A stretch of DNA of 64,000 nt from Acidobacteriaceae bacterium (GCA_003139995.1 PLIC01000085.1:3739-67738), one strand, 5' to 3'; counted from the stretch's first letter, positions 1 through 9,044 are shown. The notes: generated from the sequence alone by a model not told the origin. Translations and numbers: made by a program.

Positions 1-238
1 GCGAGAGAGCGAAGTACCGCAGATATCGTTGTCTTACCCCTACCATTTTCTGCGTAAATAACGGCGTACCGCGAGAGCTGGATCTGCGGGATCGTCGATA
101 CTGATTCAAATAGACCGATGTTCCGCAAAAGCTGTAGACGATTGATCACTGGAGTTCCCTCTCCTAAATTAGAGAATTTTCAACGGTAGTGGTACCCAGG
201 ATGCTTTCCCATTTGCTGTTAGCCTCGCATTAGACAGT

Positions 239-298
239 CCCTCAGGGGCTAAAGCCCTCATTTCCATTGGTCCTGAACGGCACGGCTGAAGCCGTGCC
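239..298 (+). repeat. REP-like bipartite element, family A, copy 1
   Basis: A CCCTCAGGGGCTAAAGCCC hairpin is followed exactly 40 nt later by the perfect hairpin GGCACGGCTGAAGCCGTGCC. The same architecture recurs at 947, 8082, 21947 and 26110. Confidence 0.85.
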
Positions 299-358
299 CT
301 ACCACGAATCTCTATAACGACATTCCACCAATGAAAAAAGGCCATGGATTTCCCCATG

Positions 359-480
359 GCCCCCTCGGTCGGGATCATTATCTACCTGTTTCGACTAAAG
401 ATACATAGGACAGTTTGGTGCTGGGTGGGTTGGCGGGTGGGAACGGGATGGAAGAGTTCGAGGGGATTGCGGCGGAAGAG
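359..480 (+). repeat. Direct repeat of about 122 bp, copy 1
   Basis: GCCCCCTCGGTCGGGATCATTATCTACCTGT...GGTGCTGGGTGGGTTGGCGGGTGGGAA...GAGTTCGAGGGGAT.GCGGCGGAAGAG recurs at 793-915 with roughly 90% identity by eye. Confidence 0.85.
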
Positions 481-792
481 ACCCACGTCTCGAAAAGCGC
501 GAGACGTGGGGCACCCGCAGATCCCTCACTTCGTTCGGGATGACAAACTCCTTAAGAATGCGGCTAGAGAATATCCCGCGCCACAGTCTGACCTCAGCGG
601 CTCAAGGTGTCCGAATTTATCGGCCAAATCGCAGCGGTAAACCGCCGCGCCCCCCAAATGCAGAGCTGATGAGTTCATGGTAATCTCGGCCGTCCCTACG
701 GGACTTAATCGTGGGTTTGGCGTTACCCAGCGCTGAAGCGCTGGGCTAGTTTCGGACGCCCCTTCGGGGCTGGTGTCCAGCGGGTTTCCCAC

Positions 793-915
793 GCCCCCTC
801 GGTCGGGATCATTATCTACCTGTCTCGAATAAAGACACATAGGACAGTTTGGTGCTGGGTGGGTTGGCGGGTGGGAATGGGGATGAAAGAGTTCGAGGGG
901 ATCGCGGCGGAAGAG
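793..915 (+). repeat. Direct repeat of about 122 bp, copy 2
   Basis: Second copy of the 359-480 sequence, offset by 434 bp. It differs by a few substitutions and a 1-nt indel. Confidence 0.85.
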
Positions 916-946
916 GCTGCGGAAAAAGTTGAAATCGCAACGGCAG

Positions 947-1000
947 CCCCTAAAGGGGCGGTTGATTTCGAAGGACCTACGGCGCGGCTGAAGCCGCGCC
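947..1000 (+). repeat. REP-like element, family A, copy 2 (variant)
   Basis: CCCCTAAAGGGG hairpin plus GGCGCGGCTGAAGCCGCGCC hairpin 34 nt downstream. Confidence 0.7.
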
Positions 1001-1197
1001 CCTTCAAAACAAGGTCAAGGTCGGAGTTTTTCCGCAGCCTGGGAGGGCGCTGCCCCTCCCACCCTTCGCAAAGAACGCGAAGGATGGGGCACCCACGGCG
1101 CTCAAAATGTAGGGGTCCTTCCCCTTCGCTCCGCTCAGGGTCAGGATGACAACATGAATTTATGGCGCAGAATTTCGAGTGCTCGCTAAGCTAACAG

Positions 1198-3261
1198 TTA
1201 GTGGGCGTCGCGGACTACCAGGATCATTCCTGGGCGCAGGGCTGCGATGTTGCGGTTGTCGTGCTTTAGGGCGGTCACTGTGGTGTTGTACGAGTTGGCG
1301 ATGGAATACAGGGTTTCGCCGGGCTTGACTTTGTGGTGCTTCAGCGTGGCATGACTTACCGTGGTGTGATTCGTCGTGGGATGGGTCGCCGTGAAACGAT
1401 TCGCTGCGGAACGATTCGCCGTAGAACGATTCGCCCTAGAATGACCGGGTGCGCTGGCCGAGGCGGTTTCGGTTCCGGCTTGGTGGTGGGTTCGGCTTGA
1501 ATGCTTGGTGGCGACCTGGGTTTCGCCCGCTCCCCGAGTGACGGGAAGGTGGAGATACAAGACTTTTCTTCCGGCTAGGCTGCTGCCTTTCAGGTGGTTC
1601 CATCCGCGAAGCATTTTGGCGGAGACGCCGAAATTTTCGGCTACCGACTCGACCGTATCGCCTTTGCGCACCTTGTAGTGTGTGATGGCGTGGGCGTAGG
1701 TGCTGGTGTCGCTGTCTTTCTCTTTGCCCGGAGTGATCGGGATGATGAGACGGGTTTCGGGCGCGAGGGTATCGTCGTCCAGATTATTGGCTGCGGCGAT
1801 CGATTTCGAAGGTATGCGATAAGTGCGCGAGATCGAGGCTAGAGTTTCTCCGGCTTGCACCTTGTGATAGCGCCACGAGACGCGCTTGTCGGTGGGAATG
1901 GAGGCGACCGCAGTCTGAAATTTGCCGGCAGTTCCGGCGGGCAAGTGGAGTTCGAATTCCTGGTCCTTTCCAGTAACTCGTTCAGTAACTCGCGGAGTGG
2001 TTAGGCGGAGCAGGCTGGGGTTCAGGTCGAGCAAGTCGGAGGCGGTGGCATCCACGCACTCGGCGGCTAGGCGGAGGTCGATGGGATAGTCGATCTTGAC
2101 GGTGTCGTAGGGAACGGGCTTGTCCTTGACCACGGAATCGAGGCCGTATTGCGCGGGATTCTTGGCCATGATGGTGACGGCCAGGATGATGGGAACGTAG
2201 TTACGGGTTTCCTTGGGCAGTGCGTTGCGGCGGTAGAGTTCCCAGAAATCGGCGTAGCCGGTGCGCTTGACGGCGCTCTGGACGGTGCCGGGGCCGGAGT
2301 TGTAGGCGGCCATGGCCAGGTACCAGTCTCCGAACTGGTCGTAGAGGTCTTTCAAATGGCGAGCGGCGGCGCGGGTCGCCTTTTCGGGATCTTGGCGGTC
2401 ATCGACCCACCAACTGCGCTCGAGTCCGTAGCCTTTGGCGCGGCTGCCCATGAACTGCCACATGCCGCGAGCGCCGGCGCGGGAAACGGCGAGGAGATGA
2501 AATCCGGACTCAGCCTGGGCAAGATAGATGAGGTCCTGCGGCACGCCTTCTTCCTGCAGGGTGCGGCGAATCATGTCTTCGTAACGGCCGGAGCGGGCCA
2601 GAGCGCGCTCGACGGTGCCACGACCGCGGTTGGAAAAGTAATTGATGTAGCCGGCGACCTGGTCGGTCATCATCAGGGGCAGGTCAGAGTGGGTGGATTT
2701 AATCTCGGCTTCGGCTTTTGCCTTGACGTTTTCGTCGACGGTGGGCGTGAGTTCATTGGCTTCGTCGATCGGCGCTGGCTCGGACTTTTGCTCGGCAAAG
2801 CCGTCGCCTTGCTGCAAGGCGGCGAGTTCGAGTCCGTTGATGCCGTCGAGAATGCGGTCGAACTCACGCTGGAGACGGTCGTCGGAACGGAGATCGAATC
2901 CGCTGCCGAGCAGTTGGTTGAAAGCCGAGTCGAAATTCTGTTTCGCGGCTTCGAGATGTCCGGCGCGATAGTTATCCTGCCCTGACTGGTATTCTTTTTC
3001 GACGCGGGCGATCAGGTCGCCGATGGGATCGACTTGGAGCGCCGACGGCACCGGCGCCTTTGATTGCGGTTCAGCGGCGGCGGGCTTCTGCTGGTGCGGA
3101 TCAGGCGGCGTGCTGGCCGCGACCAAGGCTGGAGCTTGGGCCTGCGGCGGAGGCATGAAAGACGACGATTTCTGGGCGCTCTGGCAAGCGAGAGTGACCG
3201 CCAAAGTTGCCGATAATGCGGCGGAGAGAATGATCGCCAGATGCGAGTGAAAAAATCTCAT
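1198..3261 (-). CDS. mltD: Membrane-bound lytic murein transglycosylase D-like lipoprotein with C-terminal LysM repeats
   Basis: The signal peptide has a lipobox (LAVTLAC). The SLT catalytic region reads AQAESGFHLLAVSRAGARGMWQFM...AAYNSGPG. Three LysM-like modules are present (YKVQAGETLASISRTY, YKVRKGDTVESVAENFGV, HKVKPGETLYSIANSY). ATG at 3261. Confidence 0.85.
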   Translation of the reverse strand: MRFFHSHLAIILSAALSATLAVTLACQSAQKSSSFMPPPQAQAPALVAASTPPDPHQQKPAAAEPQSKAPVPSALQVDPIGDLIARVEKEYQSGQDNYRAGHLEAAKQNFDSAFNQLLGSGFDLRSDDRLQREFDRILDGINGLELAALQQGDGFAEQKSEPAPIDEANELTPTVDENVKAKAEAEIKSTHSDLPLMMTDQVAGYINYFSNRGRGTVERALARSGRYEDMIRRTLQEEGVPQDLIYLAQAESGFHLLAVSRAGARGMWQFMGSRAKGYGLERSWWVDDRQDPEKATRAAARHLKDLYDQFGDWYLAMAAYNSGPGTVQSAVKRTGYADFWELYRRNALPKETRNYVPIILAVTIMAKNPAQYGLDSVVKDKPVPYDTVKIDYPIDLRLAAECVDATASDLLDLNPSLLRLTTPRVTERVTGKDQEFELHLPAGTAGKFQTAVASIPTDKRVSWRYHKVQAGETLASISRTYRIPSKSIAAANNLDDDTLAPETRLIIPITPGKEKDSDTSTYAHAITHYKVRKGDTVESVAENFGVSAKMLRGWNHLKGSSLAGRKVLYLHLPVTRGAGETQVATKHSSRTHHQAGTETASASAPGHSRANRSTANRSAANRFTATHPTTNHTTVSHATLKHHKVKPGETLYSIANSYNTTVTALKHDNRNIAALRPGMILVVRDAH

Positions 3262-3521
3262 ATTTTCACAAACTTACCGCAACCGGTCACGAGCCCAACC
3301 CACATCTCCGATTAGATGGTACTATCGCAAAATTCGTTGGGTCAACGCTACTGAAGACACTTAAACCTCGTTACTTTGGGTACCGGCTGGGCATATTACC
3401 CGAACGTTGCAGGGATGGCAAATGGGGCAGTGGCGCTCGGACAGAAACGCCATCGGATCTTTGCAGAAAATGAAGTGCCGCCAGCGAGTCTTTCGCGGCT
3501 CCAGATTCATCGAAAGGAAAT

Positions 3522-4493
3522 ATGAAAGCCATACAGATAAAGCACACAGGTGGGCCGGAAGTGATGGAGCTGGTGGACTTGCCGGTTCCGCAGCCGAAAT
3601 CGAACGAAGCCGTGGTGAAGATCCAGGCGGCGGGCGTCAACTTCATCGATGTCTATAACCGGGAAGGGCGTTACAAGGCGGCGCTGCCGTTTGTGCTGGG
3701 ACAGGAAGCGGCGGGCGTGGTTTCGGCGGTCGGGCGCGAGGTGCGAGAGATTGCTGTCGGGGATCGTGTGGCTTACACATCGGCGCTCGGTAGCTATGCC
3801 GAGTATGCCGCGGTGCCGGCCGACCGTTTGGTGAAGATTCCGGCGGGAGTGGGAGAGCGCGAGGCTGCGGCCGCCATGTTGCAGGGGATGACGGCGCATT
3901 ACCTTGCTCATGACACTTATCCGCTGAAGAAAGGCAAGACGGCGCTGATTCATGCCGCTGCCGGCGGAGTGGGATTACTGCTGGTGCAGATGGCGCACAA
4001 CATTGGCGCACGCGTGATTGCGACGGTTTCGACCGAGGAAAAAGCCAAGCTGGCGCGAGCGGCGGGAGCGGACGAAGTCATCCTTTATACGCAGGCTGAT
4101 TTTGAGGCGGAGACGAAGCGGCTGACCGGCGGCAGAGGCGTGGATGTGGTGTACGACTCGGTGGGCAAGACGACGTTCGACAAGGGTCTGAATCTGTTGC
4201 GTCCGCGCGGAATGATGGTGCTTTATGGCGGGTCGAGCGGGGCGGTCGCGCCGATTGATCCGCTGGTGCTTACGCAGAAGGGATCGATCTTTTTGACGCG
4301 GCCGTCGCTGGGGAATTACGTTGCTACCGCTCAGGAGTTGCAACAGCGCGCCGGAGCGGTTTTCGGCATGATTCGCGATGGCAAACTTAAGTTACGGATC
4401 GAGCACGTGTATCCGCTGGCGGAAGTACAGCAGGCGCACCGCGACCTTGAAGGACGGAAGACCACGGGGAAGCTGCTGCTGCTGCCGGGGTGA
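3522..4493 (+). CDS. qor: NADPH:quinone oxidoreductase (zinc-type medium-chain dehydrogenase/reductase family)
   Basis: MKAIQI...GGPEVMELVD...AAGVNFIDVY.R.G.Y plus the Rossmann motif AAAGGVGLLLVQMA and a C-terminal ..GKLLLLP. RBS AAAGGA precedes the ATG. Confidence 0.85.
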   Translation: MKAIQIKHTGGPEVMELVDLPVPQPKSNEAVVKIQAAGVNFIDVYNREGRYKAALPFVLGQEAAGVVSAVGREVREIAVGDRVAYTSALGSYAEYAAVPADRLVKIPAGVGEREAAAAMLQGMTAHYLAHDTYPLKKGKTALIHAAAGGVGLLLVQMAHNIGARVIATVSTEEKAKLARAAGADEVILYTQADFEAETKRLTGGRGVDVVYDSVGKTTFDKGLNLLRPRGMMVLYGGSSGAVAPIDPLVLTQKGSIFLTRPSLGNYVATAQELQQRAGAVFGMIRDGKLKLRIEHVYPLAEVQQAHRDLEGRKTTGKLLLLPG

Positions 4494-4516
4494 GCGGAGC
4501 CGCGGGCGTTTACAGG

Positions 4517-5185
4517 CTAAGACTTTTTCTTGCGCGAGTAGTTCTTTAGGTATGCGGGCAGTTCCTGCTCGCAGCGGCCGTCGGGAATCGCGGCCCCGGC
4601 CGTCATCTCGAGCGGAATCACTCCTGCCCAGGTTGGGAACGAGTAATCTTCTTCTTCGTCCATGGGCGGGCCTACGCGGACTTTCGCTGAAAACTCGTTG
4701 ATCGGAAGACGCAGGACAGAGGTTGCCTTCAGCTCTTTTTCGTTGGGCTGGCGCGAGTCGTCCCAGCGATGCGGGATTATGTGCTCGCTGATCGCGCGCA
4801 GGGCCGCGAGTTTTTCCGCCGGATCGTCAACCAGGGTTGCCGTGCCGAGAATTACCACCGAGCGGTAGTTCATAGAGTGATTGGAAATCGCGCGGGCGAG
4901 CACTAACCCATCGACCAGCGTGACCGTGATGCAGACGGGGACGCCCTGTTCGAGATGGCGCAGCATGCGGCTGGCGGGCGAGCCGTGGATATAGAGCGTG
5001 TCTCCGTCGCGTCCGTAAGACATGGGGATGACGAAGGGCTGTGCGTCGGCGACGAAGCCGACGTGGCAGAGGAGTGCTTCGTTGAGAATCTGGTTGACGG
5101 CGTCGCGGTCGTAAACCCCCCGCTGCGGCAGGCGAACAACGCGGGTGCGTGGAGTTGGATTGCTGGACTCTAAACTGCTAGACAT
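4517..5185 (-). CDS. Pyridoxamine 5'-phosphate oxidase-family FMN-binding protein
   Basis: Family-typical pattern: RLPQRGVYDRDAVNQILNEALLCHVGF...PFVIPMSYGRDGDTLYIHGS. I prefer the ATG at 5185, because the ORF-track start at 5212 is a TTG. Confidence 0.6.
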   Translation of the reverse strand: MSSSLESSNPTPRTRVVRLPQRGVYDRDAVNQILNEALLCHVGFVADAQPFVIPMSYGRDGDTLYIHGSPASRMLRHLEQGVPVCITVTLVDGLVLARAISNHSMNYRSVVILGTATLVDDPAEKLAALRAISEHIIPHRWDDSRQPNEKELKATSVLRLPINEFSAKVRVGPPMDEEEDYSFPTWAGVIPLEMTAGAAIPDGRCEQELPAYLKNYSRKKKS

Positions 5186-5264
5186 GGAATTGACTTCCCA
5201 GGCAGGCGCCAAGAGTTGTAACGGAGAATTCTAGCAGGCCGGAGCGGGGAAGACGCGCTCGCCG

Positions 5265-5453
5265 CTACAGCAGTCCGCCGGTCTTTATCGCGAGGATGTT
5301 GAGCGCCATCTCCAGTTTCGTTATGGCCTCGCCGAGTTCTGGGTGATCCCCGACCTTCTGCTGCAGTTCCTTCAGAATCCGGTGAGCACTGGCAACATGC
5401 TCCGCCGCCTGGGTTGGATCTTGCTCGGGCTTGGGTTCGCTCGGTGTTGGCAT
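5265..5453 (-). CDS. Small hypothetical helical protein (62 aa)
   Basis: ATG preceded by AGAGGAG with about 7 nt spacing. No recognisable family. Confidence 0.45.
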   Translation of the reverse strand: MPTPSEPKPEQDPTQAAEHVASAHRILKELQQKVGDHPELGEAITKLEMALNILAIKTGGLL

Positions 5454-5591
5454 GGTTTCGCTCCTCTGTACAGTTGAATTCTATATGGGATCGGCGACGT
5501 TCCTGAAGGGGCATGGCATTCTTCCGCCCCGTAGAGAAGGGGCTTGCCGCGTTTCTACGGGAAATCAGACGTCCCCCGGTGCGCGATGCGT

Positions 5592-5639
5592 GGCCGAGCT
5601 ACGCTCGGCTTGGACGGGCGAGGGCGCCCGTCCCCACAC
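5592..5639 (+). repeat. REP-like hairpin pair, related to family B
   Basis: GGCCGAGCTACGCTCGGC hairpin plus GGACGGGCGAGGGCGCCCGTCC hairpin ending in CCACAC. It lies immediately downstream of the rnr stop. Confidence 0.6.
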
Positions 5640-5641
5640 GA

Positions 5642-8011
5642 TCACTTGCGCCGGCTTTTCCCTGACGGCTTGGGCTGCTCTTCGAGTATCGCGAACTGGA
5701 TTTTCTTTTCTACTGGATCGATGCGATCCACCAAGACGCGCACGCGATTGCCCAGGCTGTAGGTTTTGCGCGAACGCTGGCCGATGATCTGGCGTGTATC
5801 TTCGTGGTAGGTGTAGCGGTCGTCGGCGAGCGTGTTGAGTGGGACCAGGCCCTCGACGAAGAGGTCGGTGAGTTCCACGAAGAAGCCGAACTTGGTTACG
5901 CTGATGATTAGGCCGTCGAAATCTTCGCCGATGCGGCGCTCCATGAATTTTACTTTCTTCCATTCCATCAGGCCGCGTTCGGCTTCGTCGGCTCGGCGTT
6001 CAGACTGGCTGGATTCCTCGGCGATGTTGTGGAGTTCTTCGAGGGCGATGGGGCCGCCGAGAGGCGCGAGCGCGTGCTGATGCGCGGCGTGGTCGCGGCG
6101 CTTGGACCAGGGGGATGGGGGCGGCTCGTGTGGTGACGGGGTTTCGCCCCGTCCAAGCGGGGCCGAGCCCCGCTTCCACACGATGTCTGGGGATTGCGAC
6201 GTTCCTACCGGGACTTCTCTATCCATCTTTTCGGGCGAGTCGCGCAGCACTTCTTTCAGGATGCGGTGCACGATCAGGTCGGGATAGCGGCGGATGGGCG
6301 AGGTGAAATGGGTGTAGGTGGTGGCGGCTAGGGCGAAGTGTCCGCGATTTTCTTCGGAGTAGCGGGCCTGCTTCAGCGAGCGCAGCATCAGGAAACTCAA
6401 GATTCTTTCTTCCGGTTTGCCGGCGATTTTCTCCGTGAGTTTTTGATACATGCGCGGGGTGATGTGGATTTCTTTGGGGACTTCGATTTCGCGGACGCGC
6501 TTGCCGGTGCCGCGGGCGTCGCGGCGATCAGCTTTCAGTTGCACGCGCTGAATGGGCAGGGCGCCGACTCCCAGCGAGTATCCGAAAGTGGCGGCGATGA
6601 CTTCGAAGTCGTAGACACGTTTGGCGTCGGGCTTTTCGTGGATGCGGTAGAGCGAAGCGATGCGTTTATTTTCGAGATAGTGGGCGACGCACTCGTTGGC
6701 CGAGAGCATGAATTCTTCGATGAGGCGATGAGCGATGTTGCGCTCGGAGCGCGTGATGCTCTTCATCATGCCGAATTCGTCGAACTCAATGACAGGTTCG
6801 GGGAGATCGAAGTCGATCGATCCGCGGCGCTTGCGTTTGCGGTTCAGGATCATGGCGAGATCGCGCATGCGTTCGAAGTGCCCGATCTGACTGGCGTATT
6901 CATTGCGCGCGGCGGCGTCGCCTTCGATGACGGCATTGACGTCGGTGTAGGTCATTCTCGCAGCGGAGCGAATCACGCCTTCATTGATTTCGTAGCTGGC
7001 GATTTCGCCTTGGTGGTCGATTTCCATGGTGCAGGAGAGCACGAGGCGGTCGACTTGCGGGCGCAGGCTGCAAATGTCGGTCGAGAGCTCTAGCGGCAGC
7101 ATAGGAACGGCGCGGTCGGGGAAATAAACGCTGGTGCCGCGCAGACGGGCTTCCTGGTCGAGCGGCGAGTTAGGCGTTACGTATTGGGCGACGTCGGCGA
7201 TGTGGACTTGCAGTTCGTAGTTGCCGTTTTCGAGTTGGCGGACGTGGACGGCGTCGTCGAAATCGCGCGCGGTTTCTCCGTCGATGGTGACGATAGGAAG
7301 GCGGCGGTAGTCGCGGCGGTGACGCAAGGCGCCGGCGGGAATATCGGATTCGATCGCCTGCGCTTCTGCGATCGCTTCGGGCGGGAAGCGGTGCGGCAGG
7401 TGAAACTTGCGGATCATGATCTCGACGTCGACTCCGAAATCTTCTTCTTCGCCGAGAACTTCGATGACGCGGCCGCGCGGATTCTGCGTGGCGCTGGGCC
7501 AGTCGGTGATTTCGACATCGACCACCACGCCTTCGAGGTCTTGCCGGTTCGTGTAGACTGCGGCCTCGTCGCCTATTACACGGTCCCGGGATTTCTTTTG
7601 CTCTATCGTTTTTGATTGATTTGGAGAAACCCCAACCACAGGGGCCACAGAGGATTGCGGGTACTCCATCCCCGTCGGGATTACGATTTCCTGCGTTACT
7701 TTTTCGTCGATGGGAGCGACGTAGTTGTGGCGATGTCCGTAGTGGAAGATACCGACAACGGTTGGATGGGCGCGAGAGAGTGAGCGGATGATGCGGCCTT
7801 CGGCGCGGCCATCGGTGCGAACGGCGGAGACTTCGACCAGAACGCGGTCGCCGTGCATGGAGGATCCGGTGGCGTGCGGAGGAATGAAGACATCGCCGGC
7901 TAGGCGGGCCTTCAGACTGGCATCGAGCGAAGTGGCTTCGGGAATCACGAAGCCGAAGCCGTCGCGATGCATGGTCAGGCGGCCGATGAGCAGGTTGCGT
8001 CCTTTAGACAT
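5642..8011 (-). CDS. rnr: Ribonuclease R (3'-5' exoribonuclease, RNB family)
   Basis: Cold-shock-like N-terminus (HRDGFGFVIP) and RNB domain (TIDGETARDFDDAV...TSPIRRYPDLIVHR). C-terminal S1 domain (DFDGLIISVTKFGFFVEL) and a basic tail. ATG at 8011. Confidence 0.9.
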   Translation of the reverse strand: MSKGRNLLIGRLTMHRDGFGFVIPEATSLDASLKARLAGDVFIPPHATGSSMHGDRVLVEVSAVRTDGRAEGRIIRSLSRAHPTVVGIFHYGHRHNYVAPIDEKVTQEIVIPTGMEYPQSSVAPVVGVSPNQSKTIEQKKSRDRVIGDEAAVYTNRQDLEGVVVDVEITDWPSATQNPRGRVIEVLGEEEDFGVDVEIMIRKFHLPHRFPPEAIAEAQAIESDIPAGALRHRRDYRRLPIVTIDGETARDFDDAVHVRQLENGNYELQVHIADVAQYVTPNSPLDQEARLRGTSVYFPDRAVPMLPLELSTDICSLRPQVDRLVLSCTMEIDHQGEIASYEINEGVIRSAARMTYTDVNAVIEGDAAARNEYASQIGHFERMRDLAMILNRKRKRRGSIDFDLPEPVIEFDEFGMMKSITRSERNIAHRLIEEFMLSANECVAHYLENKRIASLYRIHEKPDAKRVYDFEVIAATFGYSLGVGALPIQRVQLKADRRDARGTGKRVREIEVPKEIHITPRMYQKLTEKIAGKPEERILSFLMLRSLKQARYSEENRGHFALAATTYTHFTSPIRRYPDLIVHRILKEVLRDSPEKMDREVPVGTSQSPDIVWKRGSAPLGRGETPSPHEPPPSPWSKRRDHAAHQHALAPLGGPIALEELHNIAEESSQSERRADEAERGLMEWKKVKFMERRIGEDFDGLIISVTKFGFFVELTDLFVEGLVPLNTLADDRYTYHEDTRQIIGQRSRKTYSLGNRVRVLVDRIDPVEKKIQFAILEEQPKPSGKSRRK
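6128..6181 (+). repeat. REP-like element, family B, copy inside the rnr coding sequence
   Basis: GTGTGGTGACGGGGTTTCGCCCCGTCCAAGCGGGGCCGAGCCCCGCTTCCACAC is near-identical in layout to the intergenic copy at 20883-20935. It is 54 nt (18 codons) long and is read in frame as VWKRGSAPLGRGETPSPH. Confidence 0.8.
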
Positions 8012-8081
8012 CAGTTCCCAGTTCTCGGTTCTCAGTCTCTAGTGGTTGTTTGATCAATACCATTCAGGTCGGAAGGCACGG

Positions 8082-8141
8082 CCCTCGGGGGCTAAAGCCC
8101 GCATTTTTCTTGGCCCTAAACGGCACGGCTGAAGCCGTGCC
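8082..8141 (+). repeat. REP-like element, family A, copy 3
   Basis: CCCTCGGGGGCTAAAGCCC plus GGCACGGCTGAAGCCGTGCC with a 40-nt offset, between the rnr start and the DinB gene end. Confidence 0.85.
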
Positions 8142-8220
8142 CTACCCAAACCCGATTTATGAAACCTGCCCTAAGTATTCAGTAGTCTTCAGTCTTTGAT
8201 CCAGTTACTGAGAACTAGAA

Positions 8221-8778
8221 TCAGCGCAAGTATTTCTCTTCGAGAATCTTTCGATGATGCAGTTCGTGTCCGGCGATGATGAAGGCTAGGGCGCGCACCG
8301 TCACCTCGTTCTTGCTGGCCACGCCGCGGCGGGTCCAGGCGGCCTCGTCTAGATTACGAAACAGCGAGATGGTGGCGCGGCGCACGGCGATGTAATCTTC
8401 GATCAGGTCCGCCAGCGGACGCCGCGCAAATGGGCCATTGCGGACGTAGTCGTCCTGCTCGAAGCCTTCGAGGGGAGTCGCGTCGCCGCGCGAAATGCGC
8501 AAGGCCCTGTAGCTCATGATGCGCTCAGTATCGCTGATGTGGCCAAGAACTTCCTTGAGGCTCCACTTCTCAGGCGCGTAGCGGAGGTCGCCGTCGGATT
8601 CGGTTCTTCCAGAGAGCAGCAGAAGCATCTGGCGGCGCTGGTCTTCTAAGGCGGCGAGCGCGGCAAGAACGTCGGTGCCCGGAACTAGAGAGATGTAGCG
8701 GTCGTAGTAGGGAGCGTATTCTCCGGGCTGGGGCCGGAGGGAGGCAGTCGCGGTCGAAGTCGTCACGGTTGAAGTCAT
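8221..8778 (-). CDS. DinB-family (metal-dependent four-helix bundle) protein
   Basis: DinB-like features: WSLKEVLGHISDTERI... and C-terminal AGHELHHRKILEEKY. ATG at 8778 is preceded by GAGGA. The ORF-track start at 8829 lacks an RBS. Confidence 0.7.
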   Translation of the reverse strand: MTSTVTTSTATASLRPQPGEYAPYYDRYISLVPGTDVLAALAALEDQRRQMLLLLSGRTESDGDLRYAPEKWSLKEVLGHISDTERIMSYRALRISRGDATPLEGFEQDDYVRNGPFARRPLADLIEDYIAVRRATISLFRNLDEAAWTRRGVASKNEVTVRALAFIIAGHELHHRKILEEKYLR

Positions 8779-9044
8779 GGATTCCTCGTTAGGGATTGCA
8801 CAGAGTCGGTTGTGCCCCCACGGCTCCATAGTATCGCGGAATTACCGCAGGCTGGGCAGGGCTTACACAGTCGGAGGCACGACCGATGGTGCGGTCGTTG
8901 GGGGAACCACGACGGGAACTATGAAAATCAATAAGGAAAGGTGGATTTCCACAGGGCAGGGCGTTTACTGAGGAGTACAATTCAATTTGGCCCCCGAAAT
9001 GCGGCGGTGATTCAGAATCCGTTAATAAAGAAAGGATTTCGACG

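Noticed and set aside
359-915. Possible CRISPR array, because of the repeated 122-bp module.
   Set aside because: There are only two copies. The repeat is far longer than CRISPR repeats, the spacing is 434 bp, and no cas genes are in the window.
169-1149. Several 60-105-aa ORFs in the ORF track (e.g. 344..640, 526..840, 859..1149).
   Set aside because: They are read-throughs of the direct repeats and REP hairpins, which explains recurring peptides like ARLQPCR, RALAPEG and RDVGHP. They have no RBS and overlap each other on both strands.
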